20,000 bases of DNA, taken from an uncultured virus (IMG/VR IMGVR_UViG_3300037808_001436). Lineage: Duplodnaviria; Heunggongvirae; Uroviricota; Caudoviricetes. Shown piece after piece: positions 9,443 to 17,113 of the stretch. The notes beneath the pieces are model-generated. The model was given only the letters and a program-made list of their open reading frames with translations. It ran no database searches and was not told the origin of the DNA. Each line of letters starts with the position of its first letter. The stretch's first letter is position 1. The DNA is taken from IMG/VR virus record IMGVR_UViG_3300037808_001436; one strand, given 5' to 3'. Position numbers and translations under genes: made by a program.

Positions 9443-9756
9443 AAGATTATGGTAAAACAAATAAAAGAATCGTCTTTACAGATTGGGATCATCGCCACGC
9501 ACAGTTAATTCTTCGGCTAAAACACGACAAGATGAAGCAGGCTGAGTTTTTCCGCCACATGGTAACTGCTTATATCACAGGCGATGAAAGGATTCAATCA
9601 TATGTTGATGAAGTCAAACAACAGAATACAACGCGCGCACAGAAGTCTAAAAGATTAGTAAAGCAGGGAAAAGAATTAGTTAATGATTTAGGGCTCAACG
9701 AAGGAGAAATCAATAATATTTTTGATAGGTTAGCGGAGGAATACCCAGAACTATGA
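9436..9756 (+). CDS. Hypothetical protein, possibly ribbon-helix-helix DNA-binding
   Basis: N-terminal strand (KRIVFT) followed by two helices (QAEFFRHMVTAY). SD GGGAGG at 9428-9433; start may be GTG 9439. The fold call is weak. Confidence 0.6.
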   Translation: MVKDYGKTNKRIVFTDWDHRHAQLILRLKHDKMKQAEFFRHMVTAYITGDERIQSYVDEVKQQNTTRAQKSKRLVKQGKELVNDLGLNEGEINNIFDRLAEEYPEL

Positions 9757-10004
9757 AGGGAAACGGCTTAAAAAAATGCTCTGCGAGGTGCATAAAAAAT
9801 AAAAAGGTTTGTGATAAAACAACCTGCCGCCATTGGCTTGATTTTCCATCTGAATATAACTGCTGTCTTGTATCTATATATGAAAATGGAAATATGACCC
9901 TTGGACAAGTGGGCGAAAGAATCGGGGTCTCCTTTGCTAGAATTAAGCAAATAGAGACGGCCGCTCTTAAAAAATTGAAACGTAATTCGTTGCTTGATGA
10001 CTAA
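9753..10004 (+). CDS. Cys-rich protein with a stand-alone sigma70 region-4-like HTH
   Basis: MTLGQVGERIGVSFARIKQIETAALKKLK aligns with sigma70 region 4.2 ([28 protein letters not shown]). Six Cys in the N-terminal half. Confidence 0.82.
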   Translation: MKGNGLKKCSARCIKNKKVCDKTTCRHWLDFPSEYNCCLVSIYENGNMTLGQVGERIGVSFARIKQIETAALKKLKRNSLLDD

Positions 10005-10036
10005 GTGAAGATATTTTATGGGATTTGCAAGAACAG

Positions 10037-10048
10037 CAACTATTTATA
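10037..10048 (+). promoter_or_regulatory. Putative phage late-promoter motif CAACTATTTATA
   Basis: The identical 12-mer occurs at 18217-18228. Both copies are intergenic and about 40 bp upstream of an ATG with a good SD. Confidence 0.6.
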
Positions 10049-10078
10049 TTTGACGTCAAACTTTAAGGAGAATTAGTA

Positions 10079-10720
10079 ATGGCTCGAAAAACACTTTTAA
10101 CAGAGGCGCAGGTTCGCCAGTTCATGAAATTGGCTCATATGCCTTCTATAGGCTCAGGCCGCTTACAAGAGATGGGATACAACCTTTCCGAAGAGTTTCC
10201 AGTAGAAGATGAGGAAGAGGAAATTGATGATATGGGCCCAGAACCGGCCATGGATCCTAGCGCTGAGATGCCGCCAGAGGACGAATTAGCTCCGGAAATG
10301 GATGTCGCTTCAGATGATGATATGGAGATGGGAGATTCAGTCCCTGTAGATAAGGAAGACCAGTTTTCTGATTTAGTCAAGCAACTCGCAGACTTAGTTG
10401 GGATTCAAGTGGATCTTTCTACCGGTGATGACCTAGACGCAGAAATGGTCCCAGACGATGCAGACGCAGAAATGGTCCCAGACGATGCAGACGCAGAAAT
10501 GGGCCCAGTCGCCGATGTTGGACCGGACGACGTCGCCATGGATCCAGAGGAAGAGGAAGAGCTTCCGGGCATGCGCGACAGCATGTATGAGGACAAAAGC
10601 CAAGATGCTCTCGTTAAGGAAGTTGCTCGTAGAGTAGCTAAACGAATTAGCGCCTCGCAAAAGAAGGAGGCTATGGTGGATCAGCTAGCCGAAAGAATTT
10701 TAAAGCGACTAACAAAATAA
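10079..10720 (+). CDS. Highly acidic, low-complexity protein (candidate scaffold or internal head protein)
   Basis: SD AAGGAG. D/E/P/M-rich disordered centre flanked by amphipathic helices, with a tandem repeat. Function is inferred. Confidence 0.75.
   Translation: MARKTLLTEAQVRQFMKLAHMPSIGSGRLQEMGYNLSEEFPVEDEEEEIDDMGPEPAMDPSAEMPPEDELAPEMDVASDDDMEMGDSVPVDKEDQFSDLVKQLADLVGIQVDLSTGDDLDAEMVPDDADAEMVPDDADAEMGPVADVGPDDVAMDPEEEEELPGMRDSMYEDKSQDALVKEVARRVAKRISASQKKEAMVDQLAERILKRLTK
10436..10508 (+). repeat. 27-bp in-frame tandem repeat (DAEMVPDDA), two perfect copies plus a partial third
   Basis: GACGCAGAAATGGTCCCAGACGATGCA at 10436-10462 and 10463-10489, partial copy at 10490-10508. Confidence 0.95.
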
Positions 10721-10722
10721 CC

Positions 10723-10751
10723 TTGACTCTTATTTGATAACAGGTTATAAT
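10723..10751 (+). promoter_or_regulatory. Near-consensus sigma70 promoter
   Basis: TTGACT 10723-10728, 17-bp spacer, TATAAT 10746-10751. Confidence 0.8.
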
Positions 10752-10756
10752 ATAAG

Positions 10757-10786
10757 AGCCGCTGGGATACCGGCGGCTTTTCTTTT
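10757..10786 (+). terminator. Rho-independent terminator
   Basis: 9-bp stem AGCCGCTGG / CCGGCGGCT (one G-U pair), loop GATA, followed by TTTCTTTT. Confidence 0.85.
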
Positions 10787-10795
10787 GAAGGGTTT

Positions 10796-11209
10796 ATGAC
10801 AGATTGGTGGATGTACATATTAATGTTTGTGTTTGGGTATATTACTCATAAAACATTTTATTTTTTACACTCAGCCCGACTTGCCATCATGCTGATAAAA
10901 ATGTCGCATGTAATATATCTCTCATCATTAATAAAATCGCTTGAGAATTTATCATATACTCGTGAATTAGTGCTCGAACATCTAATTAGAACTGAGAGGA
11001 CCGCAACACAAATCAGCACATTTGAGATGAGTTTTAATAAAGATATTGAACATTTTAAAACAAAATCAATTAACACTATCATACACGCTCACCCCAAATT
11101 CTTCAAGCCTATGCTTGAATTTGACGACTGGGTCTCAGCCATGAAATACTTAGAAACTAACAAAAAAGCAGCACTAGCATTTTGGAGAGACAGTAGAGAT
11201 GATCAGTAA
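10796..11209 (+). CDS. Hypothetical protein with an N-terminal hydrophobic segment
   Basis: WWMYILMFVFGYI at the N-terminus. AT-rich. Overlaps the start of the next gene. Confidence 0.65.
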   Translation: MTDWWMYILMFVFGYITHKTFYFLHSARLAIMLIKMSHVIYLSSLIKSLENLSYTRELVLEHLIRTERTATQISTFEMSFNKDIEHFKTKSINTIIHAHPKFFKPMLEFDDWVSAMKYLETNKKAALAFWRDSRDDQ

Positions 11210-11888
11210 AATTAAAGAAATTGTTAAATCATTAATAACAGAAGGAGAGAAAGCTAACCCAAAGGCACCATCGAAGCCAGAGCCAGAGGTAGTTGCAGTT
11301 GAAGACTTGCTGAGCCAGGTGCTGCTCCTGGATCCAGGAGGGGTCGCGCCAGCCGAGCCTGACATGCGGCTTATCGGGTTGTTCTGCGAGGTTTCAGATG
11401 AAAAGATCGCAGAGCTTGTCCACGCACTTCTATACTTGAATGAACAAAACAAGTTGCTAAAGGAAGAAGAGAGAAAGCCGGTGGAGTTTTATATCTCCAC
11501 GTATGGCGGAAGTGCAGACGACATGTTTGCCCTATATGATGTGATGAAGATGGTAGAGCAGGAGATGGAAATTCACACCATCGGCATGGGTAAAGTAATG
11601 TCAGCAGGTGTGCCACTTTTAGCGGCAGGAACTAAGGGCAAGCGTAAGATAGGAAAGAACTGCCGAGTGATGATCCACTCTGTTATTGCAGGCCAACATG
11701 GCGCACTTCACAACTTGCTGAATGAGATGGAAGCAATCGAGCAAATACAAAAAATGTACATCAACTGCCTGGTCGAAAACACCAGTATGACTAAAAAGGA
11801 TGTTAAAAATATGCTAGAACGCAATGTTAACGTCTATTTATCAGCAGAAGAAGCTGTAGATTTAGGTATAGCTGACATAATTATCTGA
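11199..11888 (+). CDS. clpP: ClpP-like protease, copy 2 (Ser-His-Asn triad, N-terminal extension)
   Basis: FYISTYGGS, GKVMSAG (Ser), VMIHS (His), RNVNVYLSAEEAVDLGIADII with Asn at the usual Asp position. Confidence 0.9.
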   Translation: MISKIKEIVKSLITEGEKANPKAPSKPEPEVVAVEDLLSQVLLLDPGGVAPAEPDMRLIGLFCEVSDEKIAELVHALLYLNEQNKLLKEEERKPVEFYISTYGGSADDMFALYDVMKMVEQEMEIHTIGMGKVMSAGVPLLAAGTKGKRKIGKNCRVMIHSVIAGQHGALHNLLNEMEAIEQIQKMYINCLVENTSMTKKDVKNMLERNVNVYLSAEEAVDLGIADIII

Positions 11889-11898
11889 GGTTTTTAAC

Positions 11899-13494
11899 AT
11901 GGACGATTTGAGAAATATATTAAAAGAAGAGTACGCTAAGAAAGAGAGCACCATCACGCCCGATAGCTTAGTGGCAATGATTGAAGAGGTTATGAGGTTC
12001 CCGTTGGATACCCTCACTGAAGCTGAGGCACAAGAAGGCTTTAGCGTCCGACTGTCGATGCCTAGGCTAACTCCAAACGAAGCTTGGGGAAATCCCGACA
12101 GCCAATCAAGGAAAGATGTCGACAGAATCTTCGCCTCTATCACCAGACAAGATAGTATTAAAGCCCGAATCGATCATATTAACAGCTTCGCGGATCCTGC
12201 GCGCGCCAAGCGAAAGGGAACCGGCAAAAGATTTAATACCATCCTAAACATGATGATGATCCTTGAAGCGTTACAGGCATGTCTTAACGATTATAGTGAG
12301 TCATCTTCAGGTTTTGTTTTTGAAGGTTTTATGGCTGCTGTCACAGGCGGCAAGCAGATTTCTGGTCGTGTCGGTGGAACTCTACCTATCGAAGACTTTG
12401 TTACGGGTGACGGTGCCCCTGTCAGCCTTAAGCTGTTGAGTCCCAAGACGCCCATTCACGGAAGCTTCACTAACCTTATCGATTATTTGTTTATTCGCGG
12501 CGGTGCTGGCGTCAAAGAAATCAAATACTTAATTGGTCGAAAAAACTCTGATGATGTTGGTAGCGTTACTCAATTGATGTTGATGGACTTTATTATCAGT
12601 CGCCAAAACTTTGTGGATGTTATGTTAGCTTCTGGCAATCAAAAACTCTTTGGTAATCAGGCTGAGAACATTAAAAACCTTGCTCAAATTTGGGAAGGTG
12701 GTCCGGACCAAATCAAGCTTATGCAGAGATATCTCTTGGACCCGTCGACGAGTTACAACGAAACCTTGGGAATGTTTAAGAAGAATATTGATGATCAGGG
12801 CGGATTCAACCCTGAAGCCAGCAAGCCCAAAGATCCTGTTGTAAAACAGAAACAATACGCGGGAGAACTCGATAGAGCAGAAAGCGTTTCCGCGAGCCAG
12901 CAAGGCCACGCCGATGCCATGGCCGGCCGGGAGCCTGATTTTGAAAGCTGGCTCGCAGCGAATCCCAAATTTAAAGATCCTGAAACAAAGAAAGAGAAGA
13001 ACAGGTACCGCGCTGCACTAAAAATATACAACGGTGGCTATGCTGAATTCAAGTCCAAGCAGCCAGAAGAACCCGAGCAACTTGCCGAGTCTTACTTCGG
13101 AGAGTTTCACGAAAGAGAGAAACTTATGATGGAACAAGAGCGTCAGCTTATGGAAGCCAAGGGCTCCTCCGGCGGCACGCAGTGGTCGATCAGTGCAGCA
13201 GCCACTGTAAAGCTTGCCAATATCGCTGATGTCGATTATTACGGCGAGCTTAACCTATCCAACGAGAATATCAGAGAGTGCACCGATATCTATATCGAGA
13301 TAATTGGCGAAAACCTCATGACACTTTTGAAGACGACAGAGGAGTTTACCAAAAATATTGGCAAATACTTTAGTGCAGATCGCCGCTCTACCGCGATGAA
13401 CGCAAACAAACAGGCCCAAACAGATGGTAAGGCCATTGTCACTACACTAGCGAAAGAGAGCCAGCCCGGCGCAAAAGATCCCGATATCGAGTAA
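11899..13494 (+). CDS. Hypothetical protein with a PD-(D/E)XK-nuclease-like core
   Basis: 531-aa ORF with SD GAGG. Motif GFVFE...LPIEDFV...VSLK at about 12310-12432. The ORF is secure; the nuclease call is tentative. Confidence 0.6.
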   Translation: MDDLRNILKEEYAKKESTITPDSLVAMIEEVMRFPLDTLTEAEAQEGFSVRLSMPRLTPNEAWGNPDSQSRKDVDRIFASITRQDSIKARIDHINSFADPARAKRKGTGKRFNTILNMMMILEALQACLNDYSESSSGFVFEGFMAAVTGGKQISGRVGGTLPIEDFVTGDGAPVSLKLLSPKTPIHGSFTNLIDYLFIRGGAGVKEIKYLIGRKNSDDVGSVTQLMLMDFIISRQNFVDVMLASGNQKLFGNQAENIKNLAQIWEGGPDQIKLMQRYLLDPSTSYNETLGMFKKNIDDQGGFNPEASKPKDPVVKQKQYAGELDRAESVSASQQGHADAMAGREPDFESWLAANPKFKDPETKKEKNRYRAALKIYNGGYAEFKSKQPEEPEQLAESYFGEFHEREKLMMEQERQLMEAKGSSGGTQWSISAAATVKLANIADVDYYGELNLSNENIRECTDIYIEIIGENLMTLLKTTEEFTKNIGKYFSADRRSTAMNANKQAQTDGKAIVTTLAKESQPGAKDPDIE

Positions 13495-13501
13495 ATAACA
13501 T

Positions 13502-13530
13502 TTGACATTCCCCCCATAATCGATTATAAT
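13502..13530 (+). promoter_or_regulatory. Consensus sigma70 promoter
   Basis: TTGACA 13502-13507, 17-bp spacer, TATAAT 13525-13530, upstream of groEL. Confidence 0.9.
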
Positions 13531-13553
13531 ATAACCATAACTTAGAGGCATTA

Positions 13554-15131
13554 ATGAGTCGAGCATACGACGACAATCAGACACTACAACAGAAGATCAT
13601 CACTGGCGCAAATAAACTAGCAGATAACGTCGCATCAACGTTAGGCCCCAGAGGAAGAAGTGTTCTTCTACAAGAGAAAGGGAAACAGCCGTTCATCACA
13701 AAAGATGGTGTTACCGTCGCAGCATTCGTTGCCTGTGAAGACCCTTTTGAAAATGCAGCAGTACAGATTATTAAGCAGGCAGCAGTGGAAACTAACAATA
13801 CTGCCGGCGATGGTACCACCACAGCTACAGTGATTGCGCGAGCTATCTTACGAGAATCGCAGCGTTTTATTGCATCCGGCGTTTCGTCAACGGAGCTTCA
13901 ACGCGGCATAAGCTTGGCAGCGAAAGATGTAGCACAACATCTTAAAGACTTGTCAATTCCCGTCACAAGCCTGGAAGATATTGAGCATGTCGCGACCATT
14001 TCAGCGAACAATGACCACTCAATCGGAAAGCTCATCGCCCTCGCGGTTGATCGTGTCGGGCAGGATGGGTCTATCACTATTGAAGAGTCGAGATCCTTAG
14101 AAACTAGTTTAGATGTCACAGAAGGCTTCAAACTAAGCGCAGGGTATTGTGCAGGAGCATTCGTCACTGACGAGCGCCGCGCCGTTATGCATCATGAGGA
14201 ACCCTTGATACTTGTTACTGATCATAAGATTTCGGCGGTAGAACAGGTGTTGCCGGTATTAGAAATGGTCGCGCGCGAAGGCCGGCCACTAATTATCATT
14301 GCTGAAGACATTGATGGACAAGCATTAGCCGCGTTAATAATGAATGCAATACGGGGAACTCTTAAGATCGCCGCCATTAAAGCCCCGAATTATGGTGAAG
14401 AAAGAAGGTCTACCCTAGATGATTTGGCTATGTCCATCGGCGCTACGCTTATCACTCGTGAATCTGGGATAAAGCTCGCAGAGATAGAGATGAAGCATTT
14501 AGGCTCAGCAAAATTTATTGAGAGTAGCAAACACTATACAACAATTGTTGGTGGTGATTGTGATGTTGAAACGATAGGCGCTCGGATTGAGACAATGAAA
14601 GCTTCCATCGAACAAACAGAGTCTCTACAAGAAGCTGAACAAATTCAAAATCGTATTGTCCGGTTAGCTTCAGGCGTCGCAGTAATCAGGGTCGGCGGCT
14701 CAACCGAGGTAGAGATGACCGAGAGAAAACACCGCATAGAAGATGCGCTTGAGGCAGTAAAATCTGCACAAGAGGAAGGCATTGTAGCTGGTGGTGGAAC
14801 GGCCCTGCTCCGCGCATCCCGGTCAATTGCAGTTATCAGTGAAGACGGTACAAGTGATCAGGGTTATGGCGCAGTGGTTATTCAGAAAGCATGTGAGGAA
14901 CCGATTAGGCAGATGGCCATCAACGCCGGCGGGTCACCAGATCTCATAGTTTCGCAGGTGTTAGCTAGCGATAATAATACCGGCTGGAACTTTCGAACAA
15001 ACGAAATGGTGAATTTAATGGATACAGGTGTGATAGATCCAGTAAAGGTTACGAGGGTTGCGCTGCAAAATGCTGCTAGTTGTGCTGGGACACTGATCAC
15101 CACTAACTTTGGTATTATCCAAACGGAGTAA
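13554..15131 (+). CDS. groEL: Chaperonin GroEL (group I), lacking the GGM tail
   Basis: TLGPRGR, ITKDGVTVA, AGDGTTTATV, KAPNYGEER, RIEDAL, GGGTALL, GVIDPVKVTR. Ends TNFGIIQTE. Confidence 0.97.
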   Translation: MSRAYDDNQTLQQKIITGANKLADNVASTLGPRGRSVLLQEKGKQPFITKDGVTVAAFVACEDPFENAAVQIIKQAAVETNNTAGDGTTTATVIARAILRESQRFIASGVSSTELQRGISLAAKDVAQHLKDLSIPVTSLEDIEHVATISANNDHSIGKLIALAVDRVGQDGSITIEESRSLETSLDVTEGFKLSAGYCAGAFVTDERRAVMHHEEPLILVTDHKISAVEQVLPVLEMVAREGRPLIIIAEDIDGQALAALIMNAIRGTLKIAAIKAPNYGEERRSTLDDLAMSIGATLITRESGIKLAEIEMKHLGSAKFIESSKHYTTIVGGDCDVETIGARIETMKASIEQTESLQEAEQIQNRIVRLASGVAVIRVGGSTEVEMTERKHRIEDALEAVKSAQEEGIVAGGGTALLRASRSIAVISEDGTSDQGYGAVVIQKACEEPIRQMAINAGGSPDLIVSQVLASDNNTGWNFRTNEMVNLMDTGVIDPVKVTRVALQNAASCAGTLITTNFGIIQTE

Positions 15132-15134
15132 AAT

Positions 15135-15371
15135 ATGCCACAACAAAACTTTAAACAGGGCGATCTGGTATATATACCACAGGATTGCACGATTGTAAAA
15201 CCTGACCCAACATATGGATATCCAGCTGAAGTTTTCAAAACCGAGAAACCAATGACAGCCGTTTTTATGGGGAAGACCGATGAGAACGAATACAGTATTT
15301 TATTTAAAGGAGAAAAGTGGCGTGCTTTACCAAACCAAGTATACCCAATGAACGAACACAATGCTAATTAA
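15135..15371 (+). CDS. Small beta-rich hypothetical protein (SH3/KOW-like)
   Basis: FKQGDLVYI start typical of SH3/KOW folds. SD GGAG. Confidence 0.6.
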   Translation: MPQQNFKQGDLVYIPQDCTIVKPDPTYGYPAEVFKTEKPMTAVFMGKTDENEYSILFKGEKWRALPNQVYPMNEHNAN

Positions 15372-15654
15372 ACTAACCGAAGTGCGCACCAGTGGCACAT
15401 GTACTACAAAACAAGATTATACTTTGAATGAAATTTTTGTCAATCCGGATCATGTAATAATGATTCGCGAGGAAGCAAGGATGAAGCGTTTAAATGAACA
15501 AGGCGTCCTCGATAAACATTTGAGCCCGATTCATGAATTCTCCAAGCTCACTATTAATAGAGGAAACACCGGAACTGAAATTATAGTGGTCGGTGACCCA
15601 AAAACTATTGAAACCATGCTAAACAAAAACATCAAACAGATACTAAAAGGATAA
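15361..15654 (+). CDS. FlbD/SwrD-like small protein
   Basis: MLIKLT...IFVNPDHVIMIRE...SKLTI...IIVVGDPKTIETML matches the FlbD-like pattern (MI.LT...f.lNpd.I..ie...t.i......vV.es.eei). Confidence 0.6.
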   Translation: MLIKLTEVRTSGTCTTKQDYTLNEIFVNPDHVIMIREEARMKRLNEQGVLDKHLSPIHEFSKLTINRGNTGTEIIVVGDPKTIETMLNKNIKQILKG

Positions 15655-15655
15655 A

Positions 15656-16039
15656 ATGGGACAAAGAATTGTTATTCAATACTCCGTTGAGGACAACGAA
15701 TTAAAATTTGAAGTAGAACGACTACTATCCGCGGCCCTGCACCGCCTAAATTCAATTGAATCTGCACCACCGCCACCTTCTACTGTTCTAACTGTTGGAA
15801 CCGTGAAAGAAATAGAATTACTTCGCGAAGAACTCGCCCGAATTGACATTATGTTTGAAGATATTGCGGTCATTGTCGGCGGATATATCAAACATAAACA
15901 TGCTACATTTGTAGAAGAATTCCCCGCAGCCCCTGACATCTCAGAAGAACTGTACAGGGTGGAGCAAAAGCTTAGTAATTTAAAACACAATATTGGCCCT
16001 ACTAATAATGATATCCCCACTCAAAGATCTGAGACATAA
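15656..16039 (+). CDS. Hypothetical helical/coiled-coil protein
   Basis: SD AAGGA, 1-bp gap after the upstream stop, heptad-like LLREELARIDIMF. Confidence 0.65.
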   Translation: MGQRIVIQYSVEDNELKFEVERLLSAALHRLNSIESAPPPPSTVLTVGTVKEIELLREELARIDIMFEDIAVIVGGYIKHKHATFVEEFPAAPDISEELYRVEQKLSNLKHNIGPTNNDIPTQRSET

Positions 16040-16775
16040 ATCAAAATCTCTTAATGTGCTTGTGGATATTATCCCACCGCATAGCAATATAGAATCTTTT
16101 CTGTTGTTTGCCGGCGCCCTAGAGATTAATTTAGCGGAATCTGGGCGCTCAATAATAGCACACACAAACCGATTTGTTATATACGATTTTTGGACAAGCT
16201 TATTTGAAGACGCGCCAGGCATAGCAAAGAGTGTAGAGTACTTATTTCCTTTTGAGAGTGAGGATGTGTTTAGAGTTTTTCAGGATACATATTTTAAAAA
16301 CAAAAGTCCCATTGTTAGATCAGCCCTCTTCTTTTTGCTGAACCGTTGCTCATCTGACGGTATGATTTCGCATGGAGCGATAAAACAAGAAGGCTACAAC
16401 CCGCTAGCTTTATCGTACATAAGACGGTTCAAGCAAGTTAATTTTGAGGTTGTGTATGATCAGTGTGAAGATTTTTCAGAAATGTTGACAGAAATAAAAA
16501 AGGAGACGGATTTTATCTTTATCCCAGTTGGAAAATTTAGTTATAACCTGTTAACTGAAGGTGTAAACCATGGCCCTGAAGAATCTATCTTTTTTCATAA
16601 AACCTTAAAAGATAAAATTGATAAAGTTGACGCCCAAGTTGTGATAAACTATCAATATCATCAACATGTCTTGAATATGTATAGCGATTATAAATCCATA
16701 ATCTTGATAGATGGTTATGGGAGAGAAACAGATAACAAAGAAAAAGCGAAAGAGGTTATAATTGCCAATTTCTAA
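16008..16775 (+). CDS. Degenerate D12-class (Dam/DpnM-like) adenine methylase homologue, probably catalytically inactive
   Basis: MISPLK...KSKSL..LVDIIP N-terminus and SALFFLLNR match the family. The SAM-binding FxGGG reads FLLFAG and the DPPY site reads FIPVG. ATG 16008 preferred to TTG 15993. Confidence 0.7.
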   Translation: MISPLKDLRHKSKSLNVLVDIIPPHSNIESFLLFAGALEINLAESGRSIIAHTNRFVIYDFWTSLFEDAPGIAKSVEYLFPFESEDVFRVFQDTYFKNKSPIVRSALFFLLNRCSSDGMISHGAIKQEGYNPLALSYIRRFKQVNFEVVYDQCEDFSEMLTEIKKETDFIFIPVGKFSYNLLTEGVNHGPEESIFFHKTLKDKIDKVDAQVVINYQYHQHVLNMYSDYKSIILIDGYGRETDNKEKAKEVIIANF

Positions 16776-17112
16776 TTTACTCGGCGCATGCAGTTTGTTT
16801 GCTGCAGCCCAAATGCTAGTATGGTTCCAATTATATTCACAGTATATCTGGAGTTGGTGGGAGGGGAAGCCACTCCACGCCGCATTGTTATACGGCGTAC
16901 CCGCTAGTATATGTTTTTGGTACGGTACCCGCCTGGCGATCACCGCCACCAACGCCGCTTGGTCAGCAAGAATGCTAGGATTCGGTATGTCATATATGAC
17001 CTTTCCTGTTTTAACATGGTGGTTATTAAATGAAACAATGTTTACTACAAAAACAATGGTGTGTGTTTTTCTTTCACTTGCGATAATTATGGTACAGCTA
17101 TTTTGGAGATAA
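16762..17112 (+). CDS. Small ~4-TM membrane protein (SMR/DMT-like)
   Basis: Four hydrophobic segments. WWLLNETMFTTKTMVCVFL resembles the DMT '..l.E......k..g..l' pattern. Confidence 0.65.
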   Translation: MPISNLLGACSLFAAAQMLVWFQLYSQYIWSWWEGKPLHAALLYGVPASICFWYGTRLAITATNAAWSARMLGFGMSYMTFPVLTWWLLNETMFTTKTMVCVFLSLAIIMVQLFWR

Positions 17113-17113
17113 T

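Noticed and set aside
10436..10508. Direct repeats as a possible mini-CRISPR array
   Set aside because: The units abut with no spacers, are a multiple of 3 and in frame within a CDS, and there are no cas genes.
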